Shown here: one piece after another, positions 55,861 to 64,000 of the stretch
How positions within the stretch are numbered: position 1 is the first letter of the stretch
How the letters are laid out: each line of letters opens with the position of its first letter
Source of the DNA: a virus
DNA length: 64,000 bases
Strand: one strand, 5' to 3'
Virus record (IMG/VR): IMGVR_UViG_3300042868_005761
Location: 112,232-176,231 of that record
The notes under the pieces: model-generated
Database searches by the model: none
What the model was told of the DNA's origin: nothing
The model's input: only the letters and a program-made list of their open reading frames with translations
Translations under genes and position numbers: made by a program

Positions 55861-58323
55861 TTATCCTCTTCTTAGTGCACTCAAGGCAAGTGTTAGATTA
55901 CCATCATCATTGTACTGGCCTGGTCTAGATCTACTTCTAGTAGGTTTAAGACTTGGATTCTGGAAGTATAACTCATCTGCATCATTAAGTCCCATCATTG
56001 AAGGATTTGTCATTCTAACTCTATTAGATTGATCTGCCTGCATCTGTGCTTCTGCACTGATGTTTTGTTTTGTAGCTCCACTTAATACGTTAATAGGATG
56101 GTCAGAAGGCGCTCCATATGCGGAGGCTTTTGTTGCTGCCCCTATAAATCCAGCTGCTGCCCCTGCGCCACCTAATCCAAACATCAATGCATTATCAGAC
56201 ATAAAACCTGTATTCATTGCAGGTCGAATAGGCACGCCAGCAGGAGCTGTTGCAGGTTTTCCAGGTTTTGCAGCAGGAGTAACAGTGTGGATGCCAGGTT
56301 TTGCAGGATCAAATTCATATGATCTATTTATTCGATCAAAAGCTCTGCCAGGAAGTTTACTTTCATTTCTGTATTGCTCCAAAACACTTGATTCATTTTG
56401 CTCAGCAGCAGTAAGGGTGCGACTTTTGCCAGCATCTTGTAGCTGCAATTGTCTTTGTGCAACAGTAGGACTCTCTGTGTTTCTTTCTTCATACGGCTTA
56501 AGGACATCATCCTTGTATGTACGAGCGGCATATCTGCCAAAGTAAATGGGAGCACCTGCCGCCATACCAACTGCGCCTGCCCCAATTCTACCAATGTCTT
56601 GCATTGCTGCTCCGCCTGCATCTAATGCTCCCGGATCAACCATTGCATTCTTATCAGTCTTTCCAAATATTTTTGCTAATTTACTAGTTTCTGGATTTTC
56701 AGCAATGGGCTTGTTCTTTTTTTGTTGCTCAAGTAACTTTTTCTTAGAATTCTGCGCTGCTTTTAATTGTTCTGTAGCTTCTGCCTCTTCGGCTACAGCT
56801 GCTGCATGTTGCTCGTAATCCTGACTAAATTCTTCACCTCCTTTCCCTGAAGGCCGTGGTCTTCTGTGACCAGGAATAGTATGGGTAGAAGGCGCTGCAG
56901 GTGCAGCGGCCGCTGCAGCAGGAGCTTGAGGTGGCTTTGAAGGAAATCCACCACCAAAAGCAGGTCCAAGTTTATCCAAGCGAGCTGTTTCTGCTTTTCT
57001 CTGGGTCTTTGTCATTGGAGTTGGCCACGCGGATGATGGACCAGCAGGCGTGTTTGACATAGGCAAAGGCGGAGAAGCGGGTGCTGCAGGCGGCGTTGCT
57101 TTTTTTGAAGATCTTCCTCTTTGCGGAGCAGCATATTTAATTTCAGGAGGTTTATTTTCAGGAATAGCTGGTGTGCCTGTAGTTTGTCGCTTCATTTCGT
57201 CTAGTTGTTGCCTTGCAGAATCTTGACTTATACCTTTGAAAGGATTAGTGCTATCAGCACCTTCAAAATTTTCTGGATTTGTAGGATCAATTCTAGACTC
57301 TAAATCTGCCATTTTCTGTTTACGAGCTGCTAACTCTGCAGGAGTTGCAACTTTTGCCCCACTCTTAAGTGCAGCCTTATGAGTAGCTAATTCTTCTTTA
57401 AGCTTTGTTTGGGTTGAATTTAATGTCTCACGTCTTTGATTTAAATGAGCTTGGTTATTATTCAGCTTTGAAGTAATTGTCCCAATTTCAGCTTGCTCTT
57501 TTGGATCAGTTAAAAGTTTTTGAATATCAGCATCATGTGCATTATTGTCTAGGCCTACGCCTTTTGCCAAACGAGCTCTTCTTCTCATTAGATTTCGAGC
57601 CTCAGTAGCTTGCTTTTCCATTTGCTCTGGAGTAAGCGTAGGTGCATTTGCAAGATGTGTGTCAATTTGGCCTATTTCACCAGTGACTTTCTTTAAATCA
57701 TCATCAATATCACGCAACCGTCGAGTTAAAATAGTAGGTGGACTAGCCGGAACAGCAGGAGTTGCTTGCCATTTTTTTACAACTTCCCCTTGTACTGCCT
57801 TTGCTTCTTGTGCTCTTTGGCTAGCGGCATGAATAACTCTATCAGCCTCTGGTAATTTTTTTCCTACCTTTTCAGCAGTTTCTGCTGCTATTTTTTGTCT
57901 TTGTACTGCTAAGGTTGGAGTGCTGCTTGCAACATCCATTACAGAATCACTATAAGCCTCAAAATCTTTAACATCTCCGCCTGCAACTGTCTGAAATCCT
58001 TGTCTGAGCGCTCCAAATAAAGTTTTTGGCCGATTTGGGTTAACCGCATCATATGCTTTTAGTCCCTCATCGCTCATCATCTTTCTGCCAATTCCTCTTA
58101 ACGCATAATCTCCACCTTGCAATGCGAGACCAGTTGCACCGCCAACTAAAGCGCCAGAAGCTGCTGCTCCTAGTCTTCCTGCTACAGGAGTTGCTCCAAG
58201 CTTCTCATCCTCTTCAGGATTGTAATTGTAAGCAGATCTAGCAGCATTAGCGACAGCACCAACTCCACCTAATCCTAGAGTTCCGCCTGCGTGCTTGAAA
58301 AAATTAACAATTGCATTTGCCAT
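55861..58323 (-). CDS. Ala/Pro-rich putative internal virion protein
   Basis: 820 aa; Gly-rich hydrophobic segments near both ends, coiled-coil and low-complexity middle; TAATG coupling to the upstream gene. Confidence 0.55.
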   Translation of the reverse strand: MANAIVNFFKHAGGTLGLGGVGAVANAARSAYNYNPEEDEKLGATPVAGRLGAAASGALVGGATGLALQGGDYALRGIGRKMMSDEGLKAYDAVNPNRPKTLFGALRQGFQTVAGGDVKDFEAYSDSVMDVASSTPTLAVQRQKIAAETAEKVGKKLPEADRVIHAASQRAQEAKAVQGEVVKKWQATPAVPASPPTILTRRLRDIDDDLKKVTGEIGQIDTHLANAPTLTPEQMEKQATEARNLMRRRARLAKGVGLDNNAHDADIQKLLTDPKEQAEIGTITSKLNNNQAHLNQRRETLNSTQTKLKEELATHKAALKSGAKVATPAELAARKQKMADLESRIDPTNPENFEGADSTNPFKGISQDSARQQLDEMKRQTTGTPAIPENKPPEIKYAAPQRGRSSKKATPPAAPASPPLPMSNTPAGPSSAWPTPMTKTQRKAETARLDKLGPAFGGGFPSKPPQAPAAAAAAPAAPSTHTIPGHRRPRPSGKGGEEFSQDYEQHAAAVAEEAEATEQLKAAQNSKKKLLEQQKKNKPIAENPETSKLAKIFGKTDKNAMVDPGALDAGGAAMQDIGRIGAGAVGMAAGAPIYFGRYAARTYKDDVLKPYEERNTESPTVAQRQLQLQDAGKSRTLTAAEQNESSVLEQYRNESKLPGRAFDRINRSYEFDPAKPGIHTVTPAAKPGKPATAPAGVPIRPAMNTGFMSDNALMFGLGGAGAAAGFIGAATKASAYGAPSDHPINVLSGATKQNISAEAQMQADQSNRVRMTNPSMMGLNDADELYFQNPSLKPTRSRSRPGQYNDDGNLTLALSALRRG

Positions 58324-61300
58324 TATCTGCGCTCCTTGCGTCTGCCTCTATTACGTTCTAAGCCCCCAGCCATTGCCATAGTTTGCATGTCAGCCATAAC
58401 ATTTTTTCTACCACTAGAAAGTGAATTTGCAGAATGGAATATTTCATTATAATCATTATAAGACATATCCATCGGATAACTCATCTCTTCATTCCTTATT
58501 TGTGAAGCTTGTACTGCTTGCTGTTTTGAAGTCCCTGGACTTCTCTCAAACTTAAATTTGTAAGCATTTGATGGACTTAAAACGTTATAACCTTTTCTCT
58601 CTCTCCCGCTTACGCCCGCGTGAACACCAGCATAGAATGGGTCCGAGAATAATCCTTTATTAGAAGCTCTTGCAACTCTTTCAGCTGCATTAAATTGCTT
58701 TTGACTTACGAGATCTTCTTGTGCAGTATTTCTATATAGGACAGTCGCTAAACCTTGGTTGACCATTTCATAAGAATAGTTAATCCCAGAATCATCTGTG
58801 ACAATACCAACTGAGCGTCCAAAGGTGCTACCTTGGCCTACTGTTACAGTTGCTCCGCTTCTTGCAGAAAGAACGTTAGATAAATATTGTTTACCAGGTT
58901 GCGCAAAAGGCATTTCTCCTGGTCCGCCAAAGCCTTCATGTCCTGTTTCTGGCGCGTCTATACCAGACAGACGAACGCTTCCAAGGTTACGTTGGCCCAT
59001 TCCCATAAATCCTTTACTAATAATCTGAACAGTATCTGCGTCGCCAACTGCGTAATCAACTTTGCTAGAGTCAACGGCAGAAACAGCAAATCCTGCAGAA
59101 TTCATTTTGTCTATATTTGTATTAGTAGGCACCAGAACATTTTTCATTCCGCCGCTTGCTCTTCCGCCTTTTATGTCTTCGGGATTGTAAATCTTTCTTT
59201 CATCCCCAGACATCTTTAATATGTCTTTGGTTGTTGGCTTGTAACTAGGCATATCAACCATGTAATTAGTAGAAACACCAGCAGCAATAAGCCCAGCGCC
59301 ACCCATCATACGAATTCCTCTACCAGCATTTTTCATTATATATTCAGATATCTCAGGACTAGCACCTGACATTCTGCTCATAAGACCACTTTCTAATCCT
59401 CTAGGACTAAAAAGAACTGCTCCTACAGTATCAACTCCAAGTTTGAGTTTGTCTTTGGCAGAAGTTGCAAAGTTATAAATTTGCCCAGCTGTTTCATAGT
59501 TAGGTGTTTGTACTTTAGGAGTTGAATATTCTCCTGTTGCTACAAGTTCTTTCTTTCTTTCTGAGATAGCTTCATATAGGAAATCAGCAGAAGAAGTAAC
59601 TCTTTCTGTGATTGGAGTGGGGCGAAGTCTATCTTTTATACCTTGCACAACTGGAGCTAAAGCGCTGTCCATATCTCTTTTAAATCCATCAGCTCCTGAC
59701 ATTCTTAAAGCAAGAGATGCCCTAGAAACTTCATCTTCTGACATATTTGGAGTTACAGAAATTCCTTGTTCACTTAAAATTCTTACTTGATCTTGTGAAA
59801 ACAAAGTTCCTGCAGCGTGCCTTGCACTTAAACCAGTTTTTAAACTACTAAGTCTAGTTTCAAGATCTTTAGCATCTATTCCCTTTGCCTTAAGATTATC
59901 TCCTTCTGCATATCTTGTAATTAAAGTACGCTTTACTTTATCTCTTGCTGTTTTTTGCATATCTTCAAGAGCTAAAGCAGGACTTGTTGGCCCAGGGGTA
60001 TTTAAGAAATTACTAGCAATATGCTCAACAGAATGTCCCATTGACTGAAGCCTTTGGAATGTACCTCCTCCAAATCTTGCGTCTATCTCACTGCTAACAT
60101 CAGTAGACAATTCTTTTTGGTACTCTTCTCTAATAAAATTCTGTATATTCCAGTCAGACTGGGTTTTCAAGATACTAACTTCTGTTCCGGAACCAGTTAA
60201 CATAGTATGCTTTACTTTACCAACAGCCATTGGCATAGAGAATGCTTCATGCATTGCTGGGTTGACATTGATAGTCTGGACTGCACCTAATTCGTCAGTA
60301 TATGTATGACTAATCATTTTAGCAGGATCAGGCGCATATAGCCCACCCTTTACTCCAGTATAACTGTCAACTGTTTCACTTAAACGTAAAAGTTCCTTAT
60401 CAAGGTTGTACGATCTTGTTAACTCCGATTGTGTACCTCTAGTAACACCACGCAATTGGCTAGTTCTTACATTTCCTTGCCGACTACCAAGAGGGTCATC
60501 TCCAAGCCAAGAACTATCAATCTCTAAGTTTGTGTCTTTAATTTTGGCAAGCTCTAGCCATCCTAACTTTTTAGAGTCGCCCAATATTGACAATGAAGAA
60601 AACACAGACCTAACTTGATCAAGGGCAGATCCTGATTCTTTTGCTCTATATATATTAGAAATGTCACTAACAACTTCTCCAAGTTTTCCTTCCTGAAGAA
60701 GACGGCCCTGAACCATAACGTCAGATAAGGCTTGGTGAGCTTCATCAAAGCCAAGTATTATCTGAGATGCTAAGTTAATGTTAGTACCAGAAGCAACATC
60801 GCTACTTGTTTCAATCAATCCAGTCTGCATTAGTCCAGAAAAAACCATCTTTGTTAAGTCAAGTTGGTCTCTTGTGTTTAAGCCTGTTGATACATTCTTT
60901 ACATAAGCAGGTAAAAGAGAAATCAAATCTTCATTTTTACCCTGATCTTTTAAGATTCGAGCTTGTTCTGTAAAAAAGAAGTTATTAGCATCAAGAATAT
61001 TTCTTTTTCTCTCGCTTTTCCAGGTAGCAGCAAGCATACTTCTCATGTCTCTGAGTCCAGTAATCTTTCCGCCAAAAGCTTTTACAATATCTTTATCTTT
61101 ATTTAGATAATTACCATGATCTTCTAGTGAAGGTTCAAACGCGTCTTTGACTCCACTACCTTTCTGTGTTAAGAAATGCTCCCAAAGCTTACCTACTCGA
61201 AAAGACTCATATGGCAAGTTAGCAGCCATAAGAGTTCTACCTTGTTTGCTGCCTTCCTTGGCAAATAACATAGAGTATTTTGCGCCTTCTTTTTGGCTAT

Positions 61301-62282
61301 ATAATCTTTGTCCAGACTTTAGCTCTACGTAACCCTCTTCTTGTAATTGCTTTTGTAGTTCCTGGATCCTGGCCTCACTTATGATCTTGTCACCAGAAGG
61401 ACCTTCACCGTACTCTTCGTAGAACTCACTAAGCCAAGGAAACTTGCCACTAGCCCAAGTGCCAAATCTTTGCTTGAACTCAGCTTCACTTCTTGGAATA
61501 TAACTAAAGCTTCTAAATGTAGCTTTTCTACTGCCATCTGGCGCATCTTCAACGTCTCTAATAATTGCCTCAGGCATAAGATTCATTGAAAGAAATCCTT
61601 CTGCCATTTGCTCTTTTGGAGACATCTTTCCAATTGCTTCAGCGGCAGATAAATCTGCCGTTTGGTCACTAGCTCCAACTGTTCTTTTCAACTCATCAAG
61701 TTTTGCCATATCTCCCATAGCAATCTGAAGAATAGGTGCATCTTTGAAAAGACCACCAGTCTCAATGTCTATGATTAAGGCATTCTTAACTATATCATCT
61801 AGTTCAAAATTAAACCCCGCCATTGCCATAGCATCAAGTTTCAATTGCTTAATAGCTGTGCTTGTCAAACTTCCAATAATCTCAGATGGTTTTGCTTTAT
61901 CTTTACCAGTAGCAAAATTAGCCATTTGTTTGCCAACTTCTCTGTATGCTCTAACTGCGTCTTTCTTTACATGATCCGTGTAAGAGAAAAAGTTATCAGT
62001 ATTTTCTGTACCTATTAATGTCTCCATAGTAGTGACAATCTTTTTATTGGCACCAGTTATATCATTAATAAACTTTGTAGCACCTAAGGTTGCGCGGTAG
62101 GTTCCTTTTAGGATTGAAGTGGAAAGAGTAAAAGTTCCACGAACCGCAGCATCAACACCAGATATAAAGTTAGTATGGTCGTACTTACCTTTAAGCGCAG
62201 TAATAGCTTTAATGGGGTCAGCATCGGGATTAACAAAGTAATCTTTTAAGGTATATACCTTATCTCCTTTGCCATTCGCCAT
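58323..62282 (-). CDS. Large protein with DEDDh (DnaQ-like) exonuclease and C-terminal SNase/thermonuclease domains
   Basis: 1319 aa; IIDIETGGL...ILQIA (ExoI), ANLPYE (ExoII-like), AHQALSD (ExoIII); then a hydrophobic segment; then GDADT...VRLSGIDAPE...FGR...MVNQGLA...ARASNKGLF (SNase). Confidence 0.75.
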   Translation of the reverse strand: MANGKGDKVYTLKDYFVNPDADPIKAITALKGKYDHTNFISGVDAAVRGTFTLSTSILKGTYRATLGATKFINDITGANKKIVTTMETLIGTENTDNFFSYTDHVKKDAVRAYREVGKQMANFATGKDKAKPSEIIGSLTSTAIKQLKLDAMAMAGFNFELDDIVKNALIIDIETGGLFKDAPILQIAMGDMAKLDELKRTVGASDQTADLSAAEAIGKMSPKEQMAEGFLSMNLMPEAIIRDVEDAPDGSRKATFRSFSYIPRSEAEFKQRFGTWASGKFPWLSEFYEEYGEGPSGDKIISEARIQELQKQLQEEGYVELKSGQRLYSQKEGAKYSMLFAKEGSKQGRTLMAANLPYESFRVGKLWEHFLTQKGSGVKDAFEPSLEDHGNYLNKDKDIVKAFGGKITGLRDMRSMLAATWKSERKRNILDANNFFFTEQARILKDQGKNEDLISLLPAYVKNVSTGLNTRDQLDLTKMVFSGLMQTGLIETSSDVASGTNINLASQIILGFDEAHQALSDVMVQGRLLQEGKLGEVVSDISNIYRAKESGSALDQVRSVFSSLSILGDSKKLGWLELAKIKDTNLEIDSSWLGDDPLGSRQGNVRTSQLRGVTRGTQSELTRSYNLDKELLRLSETVDSYTGVKGGLYAPDPAKMISHTYTDELGAVQTINVNPAMHEAFSMPMAVGKVKHTMLTGSGTEVSILKTQSDWNIQNFIREEYQKELSTDVSSEIDARFGGGTFQRLQSMGHSVEHIASNFLNTPGPTSPALALEDMQKTARDKVKRTLITRYAEGDNLKAKGIDAKDLETRLSSLKTGLSARHAAGTLFSQDQVRILSEQGISVTPNMSEDEVSRASLALRMSGADGFKRDMDSALAPVVQGIKDRLRPTPITERVTSSADFLYEAISERKKELVATGEYSTPKVQTPNYETAGQIYNFATSAKDKLKLGVDTVGAVLFSPRGLESGLMSRMSGASPEISEYIMKNAGRGIRMMGGAGLIAAGVSTNYMVDMPSYKPTTKDILKMSGDERKIYNPEDIKGGRASGGMKNVLVPTNTNIDKMNSAGFAVSAVDSSKVDYAVGDADTVQIISKGFMGMGQRNLGSVRLSGIDAPETGHEGFGGPGEMPFAQPGKQYLSNVLSARSGATVTVGQGSTFGRSVGIVTDDSGINYSYEMVNQGLATVLYRNTAQEDLVSQKQFNAAERVARASNKGLFSDPFYAGVHAGVSGRERKGYNVLSPSNAYKFKFERSPGTSKQQAVQASQIRNEEMSYPMDMSYNDYNEIFHSANSLSSGRKNVMADMQTMAMAGGLERNRGRRKERR

Positions 62283-62291
62283 AATTTAACC

Positions 62292-63590
62292 TTAGTCATC
62301 ATCAAAGTCCATTGGGTCTACACTATTATCCCTTATTAAACTATTAATCTTACTTAATGCAGCAGACATTTTTGTCATAGTTGAACTAACACTCTCAGCC
62401 TTAGTAGCTTCTATCTTTGCCCTTGCATTAAGCTTAGCTTCAGGAGTACTTAACAGTTCTTTCATAAGCTGACTTCTCATCTTTTGAAAACGCTCCTTCA
62501 ACGCAAAGGCAGGATGCTCCTTCATTGCAGTCTTAACAGGGTTACCATGTAGATCGCTACTTAGCACAGCCTCCTGCATTAAGTCTCTACCTTCACCAAG
62601 GCTATCTCCTTGACTTAATAGCATATTAACCCGGATCTCATAGATATCCAACTCAGCAAGCTTAGTAGCTAGGCTAATAACAGTAGGGGTAATATTGTTT
62701 AGATTATGGAAGTTCTCACTGCAGTATTGCTTAACCTTAACCTGAAGAATACTTGCTTCTACGGGGCAGGGTTGCAGTACTGGGAATTTACTAGCAAGAA
62801 GATCAACACTGCCATTATCTCTCTTAACAGCAAACCAGCATGAACTACGAATAGGGCAACTCTCATATCCTTTACAGATAAGTGGCACACTAGCATAAGT
62901 ACCATGCTTAACCGCCGCCAAGTGTGACCTCATCCTAGCAGCACTCTGAGGTGTTATGTGTAAGTCCCTATATAGATCAGGATCACTGCCAAGAAATGCC
63001 CCAAGACTACTATTAGAAAAAAAGCTAGTAACATCTACCGTAGCAAGATCACTATTATCTAAGGCACTTTGGAAAGCATCACGTAAACTGATACTAGTAG
63101 AAGAAGTATTATCAAGGGGCTCAACTCTTTCCAATAATGTTTCATCGTTATCTAAAAGCTCACCTACTCTGTCAAGTAGAACTTGGGTATTAGCCTCCAC
63201 GCCGCCGAGACCATTAGCATTCCTATTACCTGAAATCATACTAGAGTCTTTCAAGAGGGGTGAAGTCTTATCAAAGGCTTTATCCTGTGATATTTCCATT
63301 TGCCGAGTAGGTAACCCCTTAGCACTGGAACTAATATCTACATTTTCCTCTAAAGCTTGAAGGTCAAAGGGCATTCCTTCTTCCTTAGGAGCAAACTCTA
63401 ATCTATTAGAAAGCTTATCAGAAAGAAGATAAGGATCTATAACTTGCCCAGTCATAGTCCCAGTATAAGTAGGGTTCTCCAATCGCGCCGCATTCTTATA
63501 TGGATTATCGGCTCCACGCCCTGCACTGTTATCGTGTGAAGATCTAGGCTTCTTATTATTAGCCTTATTAATGTCGTTATAGTGTGCCAA
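62292..63590 (-). CDS. Probable terminase small subunit
   Basis: 432 aa; TTG start with AGAGGA RBS; Cys cluster (LICKG..CPI...C, PCPVE) and EHPAF...LMKELLSTPEAK resembling the P27-type TerS C-terminus; first gene of the structural operon. Confidence 0.45.
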   Translation of the reverse strand: MAHYNDINKANNKKPRSSHDNSAGRGADNPYKNAARLENPTYTGTMTGQVIDPYLLSDKLSNRLEFAPKEEGMPFDLQALEENVDISSSAKGLPTRQMEISQDKAFDKTSPLLKDSSMISGNRNANGLGGVEANTQVLLDRVGELLDNDETLLERVEPLDNTSSTSISLRDAFQSALDNSDLATVDVTSFFSNSSLGAFLGSDPDLYRDLHITPQSAARMRSHLAAVKHGTYASVPLICKGYESCPIRSSCWFAVKRDNGSVDLLASKFPVLQPCPVEASILQVKVKQYCSENFHNLNNITPTVISLATKLAELDIYEIRVNMLLSQGDSLGEGRDLMQEAVLSSDLHGNPVKTAMKEHPAFALKERFQKMRSQLMKELLSTPEAKLNARAKIEATKAESVSSTMTKMSAALSKINSLIRDNSVDPMDFDDD

Positions 63591-63626
63591 GAATTCCTCT
63601 TTTTTACTTTGCTTGTACTTCTCTGT

Positions 63627-63642
63627 ATTCCTTTAAAGGAAT
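63627..63642. promoter_or_regulatory. Perfect 16-bp palindrome ATTCCTTTAAAGGAAT
   Basis: Identical to its reverse complement; 37-52 bp upstream of the TTG start at 63590. Confidence 0.45.
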
Positions 63643-63740
63643 TCGAGAGTTCCTCTTTATTCCTATTTATCTCTAGTAATTAAACTTTCCTATAAGAGCT
63701 GATACCATAAATTTTGCTGTATAGGGACAAAAGAAAAGCC

Positions 63741-63923
63741 TTATATATTATTCTGGGAAAAGGTCTATATATATTTGGGAAAAAGGGTCATAGGCCAAGT
63801 AGAAAAACTCTATATATACATTTATATATTTTTATATATTTTTTTTATAGAAAAGAGTGAAAGGCCAAGTATTAAGGTATAGGTACAGCCTCTATTTATA
63901 TATATATTTTTTTTCGGAAAAGA
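63741..63923. repeat. AT-rich non-coding region with imperfect repeats
   Basis: Four TATATATT...GAAAA(A)G units (~63741, 63765, 63833, 63901) and AGGCCAAGTA twice (63792, 63862). Confidence 0.6.
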
Positions 63924-64000
63924 GCGGGTACTTATACTCCTGGGCCCCTGTATTTACCCTACCCCTATTCGTTTTTAGCCCACCCCCTTTCAAGACCATG

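Noticed and set aside
63700-63930. CRISPR array
   Set aside because: The repeats are short, degenerate and irregularly spaced, with no repeat-spacer periodicity.
1-64000. Numerous 60-195 aa plus-strand ORFs and short nested minus-strand ORFs
   Set aside because: They lie antisense to, or out of frame within, long motif-bearing genes and show no recognisable motifs; treated as shadow ORFs.
1-64000. Stop-codon reassignment (no accepted gene ends in TGA; only four end in TAG)
   Set aside because: Genes are long and tightly packed under the standard code, and TAG read-through at 8268, 27960 or 49811 gives no in-frame fusion. The TAA bias fits an AT-rich genome.

Overview
The window is a 64-kb slice of the virion-morphogenesis region of a large, AT-rich, contractile-tailed phage, probably a jumbo myovirus. 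All credible genes lie on the minus strand; the plus-strand ORFs are antisense shadows. In transcription order (right to left): an AT-rich repeat region, a probable terminase small subunit, four large putative head-internal/ejected proteins (one carrying a DEDDh exonuclease plus an SNase nuclease, two being paralogs with a conserved C-terminus and unrelated N-termini), terminase large subunit, portal (linked across an A10 run to a MuF-like domain in the -1 frame), a multidomain prohead protease with a HiPIP-like Cys motif, a Dps ferritin with an acidic tail, a capsid-associated protein, major capsid, neck proteins, sheath, three tube-like paralogs, two chaperone-like genes, a 1631-aa protein, a 2294-aa protein with an ordered beta'-type RNA polymerase motif set (DFDGD), and a baseplate/cell-wall-hydrolase block. 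That block ends in a >2732-aa ORF (8196 to <1) that is absent from the ORF track because it runs off the window. Best candidates for new biology: (i) a divergent single-chain virion RNAP with a cluster of modular ejected effectors, (ii) a portal-MuF frameshift, (iii) an iron/redox module (Dps plus HiPIP-like domain) in the head-assembly genes. All functional calls rest on motifs recognised by eye; no searches were run.
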